NCBI GenBank assembly: GCA_019721075.1
Contig: JAHEAD010000006.1
Coordinates: 1-64,000 of the forward strand
DNA length: 64,000 bases
Origin: Candidatus Sysuiplasma jiujiangense
GTDB lineage: Archaea; Thermoplasmatota; Thermoplasmata; Sysuiplasmatales; Sysuiplasmataceae
Direction: 5' to 3'
Both the position numbers and the translations under genes were made by a program. This document shows positions 39,832 through 49,584 of the stretch, piece after piece (the stretch's first letter is position 1; each line of letters opens with the position of its first letter). The notes beneath the pieces are model-generated. The model did no database searches, was not told the DNA's origin, and saw nothing but the letters and a program-made list of their open reading frames with translations.

Positions 39832-41754
39832 TTAACTTTCACAGTCGACGGAGCTGTGGGACGGAAACACACTGAAACCTTTTCTGTTAACCGATATGTC
39901 GTAATATGCCCCTCTGTACAGAACCCTGCTGAGCTTCATATGGTGCCATTCATCGGGCAGATGCGGATGTGTCGTTTCCGCTATTCCCCTGATGCCCGGG
40001 CGGCCGTCAGGATCCATCCCGAAAAGTCCCTCTATGACCGATTGGATGTAAAGGGAGGAGGACCATCCCTGTGCAAATTGACCCATGGGCTGGAGATATT
40101 CTGGATTGTAAACCTCATTAATCCTTCCTGGCTCCGGGCTGGAAAATGCAAGCATTGGAAATGATTTCAGCAAATCTAAAGCAACATCATGACGACCATT
40201 CCTGAATGCAGCAATAGAAAACCAACCTGACATCAGCGGCCAGACTTCGCCGGTGTGATATCCGCGGTCATACATCGGATCATCCAGCGACATTGAGCGC
40301 ACACCCCAGGGTGTAATAAGATCGTCGGCGGCAAGCGAGTCAACAAGAAGTTCCATGAGTTCGCCGGACCAGTACATCGCAGGGACTGCTTCGAGAGGAG
40401 TCCTTATACTCCTGCGGGTGCCGTTGTGAATAGAGTCGAAAGCCGCGACGCCTGTATCGTTACGGCTGAAGAATGTGGAAAAGAAGTTTCTCAGCCCACG
40501 TTCGGCGAATTCCTTGAAAGAGTGCTCAATTCCAGCGTACTCTTCCAGCGCCTTCAGCCACCATGCATTGATTTCGATACAGGCACCGTCCCTGCCCGAA
40601 GCCCAGGATTCCGGCCAGCCGATAAGGCCTTTTTTGAAACTGTTTTCTATGAGGCCGTCCCCGTCGGTATCGCAAGAGGCACAGAAACGGATTGCCTCCT
40701 TCAGCATTCCATCTCCTGCCCCTGCACTGTGCCATCTCCTCAGTTTCATCTCCGTAAGAATCCAGAGCGGAGTGCTGTCAATGGACATGAATCTTGTCGG
40801 AACGTCATCCATGCCCACGCTGTGCCGCTGGTTGCCGCTAGGGGATACAAGCGGTATTTCATGCGGGATGCGCCCGTTCTCCGAATGGGAGTGGAGCATT
40901 TTCAGATGTGCGTCCGCAAGTTTCCAGAGGCCGCATTCAATTGCAGCCATGCTCATCCATTCGCCGTCGCGGCCGAAAAACCATGAAAATTCGGGCATCC
41001 CTGCATAAAATCCACTTCCCTGGTCGCTTTCCGAATAGAAATCAAGCAGATCGTGTTTGGCCCATAGAAAGCATTTGTTCATTTCAAATGAGGGTGTCTG
41101 CAGCACGCAGTTTTTTGAAGCCCATGAATGGTACCGCTCATTTTCATACAGATCGGAAAAACTTGCGTAGCATCTGTCCTTTCCGACCGAAAGCAGGAAT
41201 GGTCTGAGTGAAGGTCTTCGATCATGCACGGCTACCGTGAGTTCGTTCCCCTCAAGGGTGAAAGTACAGGCGGCTCCGCGCACTTTTATGAATGTTTCAG
41301 CAAGTGAGCTGCGAACAGCGAAAGCATTTCTTCCGAACGGTATCAGACTGTATGCATCTGTAATCCTGTTTTCGGGCCACATCGTGCAGTGGTTGATTTT
41401 CATCCTGATCACGACTGATTCCGGTTTCGTGCATTTGAACACAATCGCAATGCATGGCCTGTTTAATGGCGCATAATCTACGCGTTCCACATTCAGGTAC
41501 TGCCTGTAGGTGTAGCCGGGCGCTCTGACCTGTTTTTTGAAAACGTCGGAACTCCTTTTCCCACCGATTGTGAATTTGAAGGATGAAACATGCTGCTCGC
41601 CCCCGAACCATATGCCCGTCCTGAACCTGCCCGAAGGGGCGGTATCGATATTGCCGTTTTGCAGCAATACGAAATGTGATCTTTTCCCTTTCACGAATGT
41701 CAGATAGTCACCGCGACGCGGATTACCGCTATTTTCTACAATCCACTCATTCAT
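39832..41754 (-). CDS. Amylo-alpha-1,6-glucosidase / glycogen-debranching-like glycoside hydrolase
   Basis: AGMPEFSWFFGRDG, GRIPHE, IDSTPLW, YHTGEVWP, QGWSS. Start uncertain. Confidence 0.82.
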   Translation of the reverse strand: MNEWIVENSGNPRRGDYLTFVKGKRSHFVLLQNGNIDTAPSGRFRTGIWFGGEQHVSSFKFTIGGKRSSDVFKKQVRAPGYTYRQYLNVERVDYAPLNRPCIAIVFKCTKPESVVIRMKINHCTMWPENRITDAYSLIPFGRNAFAVRSSLAETFIKVRGAACTFTLEGNELTVAVHDRRPSLRPFLLSVGKDRCYASFSDLYENERYHSWASKNCVLQTPSFEMNKCFLWAKHDLLDFYSESDQGSGFYAGMPEFSWFFGRDGEWMSMAAIECGLWKLADAHLKMLHSHSENGRIPHEIPLVSPSGNQRHSVGMDDVPTRFMSIDSTPLWILTEMKLRRWHSAGAGDGMLKEAIRFCASCDTDGDGLIENSFKKGLIGWPESWASGRDGACIEINAWWLKALEEYAGIEHSFKEFAERGLRNFFSTFFSRNDTGVAAFDSIHNGTRRSIRTPLEAVPAMYWSGELMELLVDSLAADDLITPWGVRSMSLDDPMYDRGYHTGEVWPLMSGWFSIAAFRNGRHDVALDLLKSFPMLAFSSPEPGRINEVYNPEYLQPMGQFAQGWSSSLYIQSVIEGLFGMDPDGRPGIRGIAETTHPHLPDEWHHMKLSRVLYRGAYYDISVNRKGFSVFPSHSSVDCES

Positions 41755-42022
41755 GGAAACAGCATTGTCCCTTTCAGTCAGTCTCCTGCAACGCGCAAGC
41801 GTCCGGAGCAGTTTTCCATCTGAACGTCTTCTCATGTTTGCACATCTGATTTTCCGCGGATTGCCATGCGGTCACAAATAGTCTTCCAGTCTCTTTAGTG
41901 ATGCCGCTTCAGGCGCCTTCTTCGGAAGCCCTGCCATCCGTTGCAGTATCAGTGGCAAACATCCCTTTGCGACCAGGAATCAATAACAGGGAAAGGGCAC
42001 ATCTGAAAAAAGCCACGAGATA

Positions 42023-42107
42023 TGCAGGGAGGAGGATTTGAACCCCCGAATGCCTACGCAACCAGACCCTGAATCTGGCACCTTTGACCAGGCTTGGTTA
42101 TCCCTGC
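42023..42107 (-). tRNA. tRNA-Leu(CAG)
   Basis: Acceptor GCAGGGA/TCCCTGC+A; anticodon arm CCAGA-TTCAGGG-TCTGG; long variable arm; GGTTCAAATCC. Confidence 0.95.
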
Positions 42108-42260
42108 TCGGAACGGTTTGCCAAACAGGAATGCACTTAAAAAACTGACGGTTACTCCTGAGCTGGGATTTAACCGCAGTGCATTGTGGAATCGACGTTT
42201 CCGGATCGCGCCTGGAAACGGTCAAAAGTTTAATTTCATATGAGATCATATTTATGCGCA

Positions 42261-43484
42261 ATGCAGCAGGTAAATCCGCCTTCAAGCCTCAGCGAACTTG
42301 AAAAACTGAAGAAGAGAATAGAGGTCAAGCTTCGTGAAACAAAGGGCAGCGTTTCATCCGGGGACAATATTGCAACGCTACAAAAGAGAGCTGTAATGCA
42401 ATTGCAGCAGCTTTACAAATATCTTCTGAGCGACTTTTCACCGACGCAGTTCAAGGAGATGCACGCCTTTCTGAAGACAAACGGCTTTCCGGAGCTGAGG
42501 GATGCGCTCAGAATAAAGCCCGCGAAGATAGCTGAAAAGCTGAAAAGCCCGGTTGAGCACCTGGACTGTGAAGCGTCGAGAAAAAAGCAGCTGACTGCGC
42601 TTGTCGACAGGATTGAGGAGACCGTCAATGAGCTTGATGCAGAGATATTCAATTCGTCGAAATTTTCGAAGAAGGAACTTGAACAGCTTGAGGAGCTGGA
42701 AGAAATTGACAAAGGGATTGATGAAGTAATGCAGCTTGCAAAGAAAATAGGCGATCTCGAGGAAAAAAGAAAACGCCTGATTTCAAAGGTCCCTTCACCC
42801 GAAGGGGAACTCGATGTTGTGAAGGTCATCGAACAGCGCATCATGGAAAGGCGGAGGGAGCTTGACGGTGAAATAGCCGAGAGGGAAAGACGGCTTGATG
42901 AGCTGGAAGCAGAAGAGCTGGAGGCCATGAACAACCTGAAGCTCTTCCTGCATTCTGCCGGAACGCTGCTCGATCCTATCGTAAGGATACTGCCGCGTAT
43001 CAGATCTTTGACAAGCGACGTAGTCAAGTCGGGAGGGAGCGATATAACCTCCTGGGACGTCGAGGTCGCTCTTAAGAACCTGCCCAGGTTTTTCAAGAAC
43101 ATTGAAACGGAAGATCCGCTGAAGACAATCGGTTTTGACAGGGTGCAGGAAGCACTTGACTATATAATAAGGCACAATGAAGCGATAACGGACTACAACA
43201 GGGTTCTGAGGATAAGGGAAAGCAGGGAGGAACTCAACGAAAGTCTCTACAGGCTGAGGGAAATGAGGATAAAACTTGACGGGAGGGAAGAGCAGCTGTA
43301 CGAGGAGTCCAGCCTGGGGCAGGAGATCGAAAAGAACCTGGCAGCCCTCAAATCAGCCGAACAGGATTTGAATCAAAGCGTGGACGAGCTAAGGGAGGCT
43401 CTGTCCGATCTCGGCATAAGCGAAGATTCGTGGTCGCTCGATGTACTGAACGGACGTCTTGAAAGGATTTTCAGGAAATTCTGA
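42261..43484 (+). CDS. Long coiled-coil hypothetical protein
   Basis: About 407 aa, E/K/L-rich heptads; no Walker motifs. Confidence 0.8.
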   Translation: MQQVNPPSSLSELEKLKKRIEVKLRETKGSVSSGDNIATLQKRAVMQLQQLYKYLLSDFSPTQFKEMHAFLKTNGFPELRDALRIKPAKIAEKLKSPVEHLDCEASRKKQLTALVDRIEETVNELDAEIFNSSKFSKKELEQLEELEEIDKGIDEVMQLAKKIGDLEEKRKRLISKVPSPEGELDVVKVIEQRIMERRRELDGEIAERERRLDELEAEELEAMNNLKLFLHSAGTLLDPIVRILPRIRSLTSDVVKSGGSDITSWDVEVALKNLPRFFKNIETEDPLKTIGFDRVQEALDYIIRHNEAITDYNRVLRIRESREELNESLYRLREMRIKLDGREEQLYEESSLGQEIEKNLAALKSAEQDLNQSVDELREALSDLGISEDSWSLDVLNGRLERIFRKF

Positions 43485-43490
43485 CCCGGA

Positions 43491-44876
43491 CTAATCTATT
43501 TTGAGCAGGGACCTGAATATGCCCGCAGTCCTGCCTTTCCTCATGCCTGACGACCTCTCCTCTTTGACCCTGGCGCCCTCTATGTGTAGCGCGGACAGGA
43601 AAAGGATCCCGGAAACGATCCATATCGATGAAAAGAGAAAATCACTCATGTACCCGGATATTTCCGTTACCAGTCCGGCAAGCAGCGAGCCAAGTATCGA
43701 ACCTACTCCCATCGACGAATTGTAGAGCCCGATGGCCTCCCCTCTTGTATGCGGGTCGGCCATCCCGGCGACTATTGCCTGGCCTGTGACACTGATTATT
43801 GCCCAGCAGAAACCCATCATTGAGTTCAGTATTATCATCGCCGCCAGGACTTCAATGCCATTTGAGAGGAAAAGAGGAATCAGGAAGAAAAGCGGTATGA
43901 GCACCACTCTTGAGGAGCAGGCAAGCGCCTGCAGCCATTTTTCGCCTATCCTGCAGGAAAGCCTTGAGACGCTGCCGTAGGTGAGCGTTGAGGATAACGA
44001 ACTTGCAATGTATATGATGAACACGTATGACTCTGTCATGTGGAAGCGTTTTCCAAGAAAATCCACAAGATAGTTTGGAAAGACAACATAGAAGCTGGTG
44101 AAGCCAGTCGTTATGAGGATGGTTACCAGAAAATAGAACCACATCCTCCTTCCCAGCTCAAGCCTTTCCTCATGCGAGGGGGTGGAGAGCCTGACGAATG
44201 AACTCACCCTGGCGGGCAGGTATTTCGCCCTCTCATTGGCACGCAGCGGTATGTCCGCAATGGCATTCCTGTGCTGATGCGCATGATTTTTCCTTTCCCT
44301 GGCTCCATCCTCCCTGATAAGGAAGGATGCAAGCACTGTCCCGGCAAAAGCCATCACGCCGACCAGTGCGAAGAATATGCGCATGTACATGGCGCCTGGA
44401 GGAAGGAGATCGAACCAGATCGCGCCCAGCAGCAGTCCTGACAGATATCCTGCACCACCAAGCTTGCTGAATTTTCCTATCAGGGAAGGCCACATCCCCC
44501 TGGGCGTCTGCTCTATGAGAAGCGCAGTACCTGCCGGTGCGCTTGCAGTGTACAGGAGTCCGAGTATGAAATTTGCGGCGAAGAAGGTGGCAAAGTTCAG
44601 GCTCATTGCCATGACGAACAGCGAAATTGCCAGGCCCGCAAAACCCTCTATCACGAAGAGCTTTCTGAGGTGCAGGTGATCCGATAGATTCCCCCATATG
44701 ATGTAAGCGGGTATCGATGCAATTGAAGTCGCGGCCGTCACAAGTCCGACCTGGACAACATTGCCGTAGAATGCAATCACGACAAACAGAGGAATCAGCG
44801 GAGCTGTCCCGCCGTTCGGTATATTTGTAATGAAAAATGAATAAAACCACCTGAACTGCCGTGACATGGAGTCCAT
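43491..44876 (-). CDS. MFS transporter
   Basis: About 12 TM segments; WGNLSDHLHLRK motif-A variant. Confidence 0.88.
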   Translation of the reverse strand: MDSMSRQFRWFYSFFITNIPNGGTAPLIPLFVVIAFYGNVVQVGLVTAATSIASIPAYIIWGNLSDHLHLRKLFVIEGFAGLAISLFVMAMSLNFATFFAANFILGLLYTASAPAGTALLIEQTPRGMWPSLIGKFSKLGGAGYLSGLLLGAIWFDLLPPGAMYMRIFFALVGVMAFAGTVLASFLIREDGARERKNHAHQHRNAIADIPLRANERAKYLPARVSSFVRLSTPSHEERLELGRRMWFYFLVTILITTGFTSFYVVFPNYLVDFLGKRFHMTESYVFIIYIASSLSSTLTYGSVSRLSCRIGEKWLQALACSSRVVLIPLFFLIPLFLSNGIEVLAAMIILNSMMGFCWAIISVTGQAIVAGMADPHTRGEAIGLYNSSMGVGSILGSLLAGLVTEISGYMSDFLFSSIWIVSGILFLSALHIEGARVKEERSSGMRKGRTAGIFRSLLKID

Positions 44877-45076
44877 GCACCCATCCCGCGTCCTGTGACG
44901 GATGCACCTTTATTTATTTCTTGTTGCCCTCCACCGGCTCACAGTTAGGCGCTGCGGACAGCCGTATCCGGTGGCGGAGCATGTCCTTTGGGGAAGCGTC
45001 GCGCAATCGAATTTCGGCCCGGCGCACGTTCCGTTTCCATGCCAAACTTATAACTGCACGACAGATACACCTTCCG

Positions 45077-45937
45077 ATGCCGTTATATCTTCTCAGGTAC
45101 GCCGAACTCGGACTCAAAAGTGACAGGGTAAGGAAAAGATTCCTGAACAAACTGATAGACAACATCGAAACCCGTTTTATCCGGGCTGGCATCGAATGCA
45201 TAGTCACCTCGGACAGGGGCAGGGTCTTCGTCATGTCGGATGAAGGTTCAGTGGCCAGGGACATCATAAGCCACACATTCGGCATCGTGTCTTTCAGTGA
45301 AGTCACTGAGCTGCCCCTGGATCTTCGGAAGATTTCGGAAAAGGTCTCGGAACACGCCTCCCTGGTCCTGAGGAGCGGGAATTCCTTTGCTATACGGGCG
45401 AGGCGATCGGGCGGCCAGAAGTTCACAAGCGTAGACATTGCAAGGGAATGCGGTTCAAGGATACTGAAGGATCATGGCAATCTCGGAATAACCGTTGACC
45501 TTGAGCACCCGGACGTCGAAATATTCGTGGAGGCGAGGGAAAAGGCCGCTTATCTTTTCACCAAATCCGAGAGTGGTCCGGGCGGACTGCCTCTCGGAAC
45601 GCAGGGGAAGGTAGCCTGCCTCGTCAGCTCAAGCGACGAGCTGCCGCTCCCCTGGCTTATGATGAGAAGGGGATGCGATGTAGTGATCGGCCTCACCGGC
45701 AAGGTCGATCTTGCGTCTCTGGCAAAATGGTCCGCAGATATTGATGCGGAAACACTCGAAAGACCGGGCGACATTCTTGCCCTTGCTGCTGGAAAGGGGT
45801 GCAGCGGCATTGCACTTCCCGGAAACGGAAGCAGTTATCCTGAGGGCATGGGCGGAAAACACGGTTTTGCCGTATTCTATCCGCTTGCAGGACTCAGCAG
45901 CTCCGAAATAAAAAAACTGATGGGCAAAATTGCCTGA
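45077..45937 (+). CDS. THUMP-domain protein, ThiI-like with degenerate catalytic domain
   Basis: LRYAELGLKS, FGIVS, FAIRARR, VDLEHPD, GPGGLPLGTQGKV. No SGGxDS PP-loop. Confidence 0.8.
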   Translation: MPLYLLRYAELGLKSDRVRKRFLNKLIDNIETRFIRAGIECIVTSDRGRVFVMSDEGSVARDIISHTFGIVSFSEVTELPLDLRKISEKVSEHASLVLRSGNSFAIRARRSGGQKFTSVDIARECGSRILKDHGNLGITVDLEHPDVEIFVEAREKAAYLFTKSESGPGGLPLGTQGKVACLVSSSDELPLPWLMMRRGCDVVIGLTGKVDLASLAKWSADIDAETLERPGDILALAAGKGCSGIALPGNGSSYPEGMGGKHGFAVFYPLAGLSSSEIKKLMGKIA

Positions 45938-46855
45938 TCACTTGCCCTTTCTGTCGTTCGCCCTTATAGACGGGCGAACTTTCTCGACGCCCTTTCCCTT
46001 CCATCTGAGGCCACGTCCCATCGTGCCGGCGGAAGTCAGCCCGCGGAATGCCCTTCCTGAATGGGCCTGGTTGGATATCCAGTTGAGATTCTTGTCGCTT
46101 AGAACGGACGGGTTGTACGGATCGACAAGTATTACCTCATACCACTTGTGCATGCCGTCCTGTCCAACCTGATATGAATTGAGCACCTCCATATTCGGAT
46201 AGCGGCGCTGGACTCTCTCTTCGGCCATCCTCTGTATATTTTTCTTCATGGTTATCCGGAGTATACCCTTCCTCTTCGCCCTTCTTCCCTTTGCGATACG
46301 TCTCTTCCTGAGTCCTCCCCTTCTGACCCTCACCCTGACGAGGGTGACACCCTGTTTTGCCTTGTAGCCCATGGAGCGTGCCTTGTCGAGTCTCGTCGGA
46401 TGATCAATGCGCCTGTAGTTCTCCTCCTTCCTCCAGCTTATGAGTCTCTCCCACTCCGTGTCGCCCAGCGCCTTTGAAAGGGATTTCTTCCTGAAAGAGC
46501 CGATATGCGCGTACATGCTCCTCCCCCTGCCGGACTCGAGTTTCACAATCGGCGGGAGCTCCCTTTCCTTACCGGCAGCCGTTCCTGAATCCCTGCCGTG
46601 CCGCTGCTCTGCAATCCTTTTCGGAGTCTTTGCCCTGTAAACAGTTTCTTCCGTCTGCGCTGTAACTTCATCCGTTTTAGCTGCAGTGATTTCCTTTTCA
46701 GCCGCCTGCTTCTTTGCCTTCCTGGACTTCTTCTCTGCCGCCGCTGTTTTCGACTTCGCCTCTCCGGCAGGTTCCTCCGTTTGGGATGATTTGTGTGAAC
46801 GTCGTGTTCCGGCTGTCTTCTTCTGCTTTTTGGATTCCAGTTTGTCGTCTGCCAT
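45938..46855 (-). CDS. rpl15e: 50S ribosomal protein eL15 with possible long N-terminal extension
   Basis: PTRLDKARSMGYKAKQG, AEERV, EVLNSY, EVILVDP, FRGLTSAG. The core starts at ATG 46516. Confidence 0.93.
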   Translation of the reverse strand: MADDKLESKKQKKTAGTRRSHKSSQTEEPAGEAKSKTAAAEKKSRKAKKQAAEKEITAAKTDEVTAQTEETVYRAKTPKRIAEQRHGRDSGTAAGKERELPPIVKLESGRGRSMYAHIGSFRKKSLSKALGDTEWERLISWRKEENYRRIDHPTRLDKARSMGYKAKQGVTLVRVRVRRGGLRKRRIAKGRRAKRKGILRITMKKNIQRMAEERVQRRYPNMEVLNSYQVGQDGMHKWYEVILVDPYNPSVLSDKNLNWISNQAHSGRAFRGLTSAGTMGRGLRWKGKGVEKVRPSIRANDRKGK

Positions 46856-46991
46856 TTGTGACACCGAATTGATTTAAGACTTGTAAATGCTGTTTGAAAT
46901 TTCCCGTATTATAAATAACTTGGCAACAGCCGTTCCGCCGCAGGCATGTTTCGCCTGAAGCGTGCACAGCGCGGGACAGCCTTCTGCAGGA

Positions 46992-49400
46992 TCAGAAGAA
47001 ATCCTCCAGCCTGACCTTTGATGCTGTCCTGTTGCCCGCTATTGTCTTTTCCGTCTTCAGTTCGTCAAAAAGTGTGGACTGCTTCGAACCGCTAAGGAGG
47101 CTGTCTTCATCCATTCCGAACACTTCCGTAACCCTGGAAAGTGTCTGGGCGACCCTTGACGCATAATAAGCATAATCCGGGGTAAAGCTGAATTCCCTCC
47201 CAACTATGAAAGGTTCCACCTGCTGCGGAGACCTCCTGCTGTTGACTACAATCCATGAAACCTTCATGCCCGGAATGAATTCCTCTCCCATTGCCATAAG
47301 CTTCTTTGCCGTCTGCACGGGCACCTGTGTGCTTTCGTCCTTGTACTCGGCAAAGGGCCTGCATGTCCGTGAAATAACGAGCTTCTCCTTTGGGACATTT
47401 CCGCTCAGCACATCGTTAACGAGTTTCCTTGACAGCTTCACTGCCCCTTCCGTGTTGCCTCCAAGTATCTCCTCAAAAACAGCAGAAAGACACTCGCTCT
47501 GATAGTCAAAGGAATCTGTCCGGCGTATTTCATATCCCCTGACAATCAGTCCCTCCTCGGGCCATACCTGCCTGCCCACATACCTCTTCTTCTTTCCGTG
47601 GGAAAATAGCGGTTCTATAACTTCCTCGAATTCAAGCGTGGCGCCCTGCCTGGAAAAGCGTTCGCTTATCTTCCTGCCGAATTCAATGGTCCCTTCCAGG
47701 TTCTCGGCAGGACTCTTGAAAAAGACAGAATCTGTGTCGCTGTATATGACAGAGGTCCCCTCCTTCTCCAGCTGCTCTATCACGCCTTTTGTGGTTTCCC
47801 TCGCAAATGCGGTGATGCTCCCGCCTATCGAAACATTGGTGAACCTGTAGAAAGAGGAGGCAAGGACGCCATAGAATGAATTCATCAGTATCTTCACCGC
47901 CTGCTGAAGCCCGTCAAGATATTCGTATTCGTCCTTTCCGGAGGCTCTCTTCATCTTCTCCTTGATGCTGTCCCTCTGCTGCATGAGCTGTGCGAGCAGT
48001 GAGGGAATGACGCCCCTGCGCTCGTCCGGCGTGAGGAAGCGTACACCCGTCGGGCTGACAATGCTGCCGCTGCTGTTCAGTGTTGTGAAACAGATATTTT
48101 TCGCTATTATGAGGGAGGGATACATGCTCTTGAAATCGAGTACGCCCACCCAGTGATAAAGCCCCGGAGCTATGCTGTGGACATATCCACCTTCGATCCT
48201 GTCCTCCTCTGAATCCATGTACCTGGATGTCATAGGTGTTGCAATACCCTCCCTGTCGGCGGCCCTGATAAGCAGCGAGTCGACGAGCTGAGAAGCTCCG
48301 CTGTTGAGTGAGTCGTCGAGAGGAAGTTTGGAAACAGTGGCCATGTCCATTCCCCTGGTCAGTGTTCTTGTCTTCTCCAGTATACGCAGTGCCAGTTCCG
48401 CATCCTTCGCACAGTAGTCGAGAACCCTTTCCCTGTTCTCTTTCCATTCCTCGTCTATTCTCAGCCTGTTTACATCCATCTTCTCTTCGTTGAGTAGTTC
48501 CCTTGCAACGGCGTTAAGCGTTTCCTGCTTGGGGTGGAACTGCTTCTTCATGTGCCACCATGCATCAGCTATGATTCTGCCGTTGCATCTCCAGAACCTG
48601 TTGCTTACCTGCCTGACGTCGTCCCCGTCCCTCCCCCATGCCTTCCGCTCGATCCCCCTGTGCCTGCACCGCTCGTTTATCTTCGGTATGTCAAAACCGT
48701 CGATATTGTAACCTGTAATGACGTCGGGGTCTATCCTTGAAACAGCGCTGAAAAATTCGGCAAGCATCTTCTTCTCATCATCGTTGTATATCTTCTCCCT
48801 GATTATGCTGCCGTCTTTCCTGTATGCAAGGCATATGCACCAGATATTGCCTTCCTTGATGCTTGTTTCGATATCAAAGCTCAGAACACGAAGTGCAGGC
48901 ATGAAGTCTTCCGTGTCCTCGAACCTGTCGCCTTCAATCACGATATCGCAGGTGTATCGCCTGGCCGTTGCACCGTCAGCCATTTTTCCGTGCACGCGGC
49001 AGCAGGCCGCTATGTCCTTGTCGTAGATGAATCTGTGTGCGAACGGTATGTCCGCTGCTGCAACCTCTACAACCCCCTTCAGCCTTTCCCTGAATTCCGG
49101 TACCGTCCAGGGGAATTTCACAGTAACTATCGCACCACCCGTCTTTTCCCCCCTGTGCATGAATTCCCTCTGCTCGATGCCTATGACATCGTCCCTCGTT
49201 GCGAGTGCCTCCCTCGCGCGGGACACGTCACCCAAAATCTGGAAATACGGCCTGAATCCGGAATACCTCACGGCCGCTGACCTTCCGTCCCTGGTCTTGC
49301 CGTATAACTCTACAGTGACGCCGTCACCCGAGTCTCTCCTGTAGGTCGCGGTCAGAAGTCTGATGTCCCATTCATCTTCGGATTGCATCGTCACATCCAA
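46992..49400 (-). CDS. polB: Family B DNA polymerase
   Basis: Exo motifs SFDIET, YNIDGFD, YCAKD; pol motifs DFKSMYPS, KILMNSFYG, YSDTDS, KKRY. No intein. Confidence 0.96.
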   Translation of the reverse strand: MDVTMQSEDEWDIRLLTATYRRDSGDGVTVELYGKTRDGRSAAVRYSGFRPYFQILGDVSRAREALATRDDVIGIEQREFMHRGEKTGGAIVTVKFPWTVPEFRERLKGVVEVAAADIPFAHRFIYDKDIAACCRVHGKMADGATARRYTCDIVIEGDRFEDTEDFMPALRVLSFDIETSIKEGNIWCICLAYRKDGSIIREKIYNDDEKKMLAEFFSAVSRIDPDVITGYNIDGFDIPKINERCRHRGIERKAWGRDGDDVRQVSNRFWRCNGRIIADAWWHMKKQFHPKQETLNAVARELLNEEKMDVNRLRIDEEWKENRERVLDYCAKDAELALRILEKTRTLTRGMDMATVSKLPLDDSLNSGASQLVDSLLIRAADREGIATPMTSRYMDSEEDRIEGGYVHSIAPGLYHWVGVLDFKSMYPSLIIAKNICFTTLNSSGSIVSPTGVRFLTPDERRGVIPSLLAQLMQQRDSIKEKMKRASGKDEYEYLDGLQQAVKILMNSFYGVLASSFYRFTNVSIGGSITAFARETTKGVIEQLEKEGTSVIYSDTDSVFFKSPAENLEGTIEFGRKISERFSRQGATLEFEEVIEPLFSHGKKKRYVGRQVWPEEGLIVRGYEIRRTDSFDYQSECLSAVFEEILGGNTEGAVKLSRKLVNDVLSGNVPKEKLVISRTCRPFAEYKDESTQVPVQTAKKLMAMGEEFIPGMKVSWIVVNSRRSPQQVEPFIVGREFSFTPDYAYYASRVAQTLSRVTEVFGMDEDSLLSGSKQSTLFDELKTEKTIAGNRTASKVRLEDFF

Positions 49401-49584
49401 GGCAGCGATATCATATAATCTTTGACCTGCCAGCTGCCGGATAAATTTAGCGTCGCATGGCAGGCACCGGCATCTGCGCCCTCTTGCATTTCATGGTTGA
49501 CACGTCGATGTCTTTAGAGGTCCGCCTCTATCATCAGTTACTCTGCGAACCGGCTAACAACGCACTATGTGCGACCTACGCAGC

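Noticed and set aside
33238..42107. Intact provirus or integrative element between the two tRNA-Leu genes
   Set aside because: No integrase, replication or virion genes and no att duplication were found. The tRNAs are different isoacceptors.
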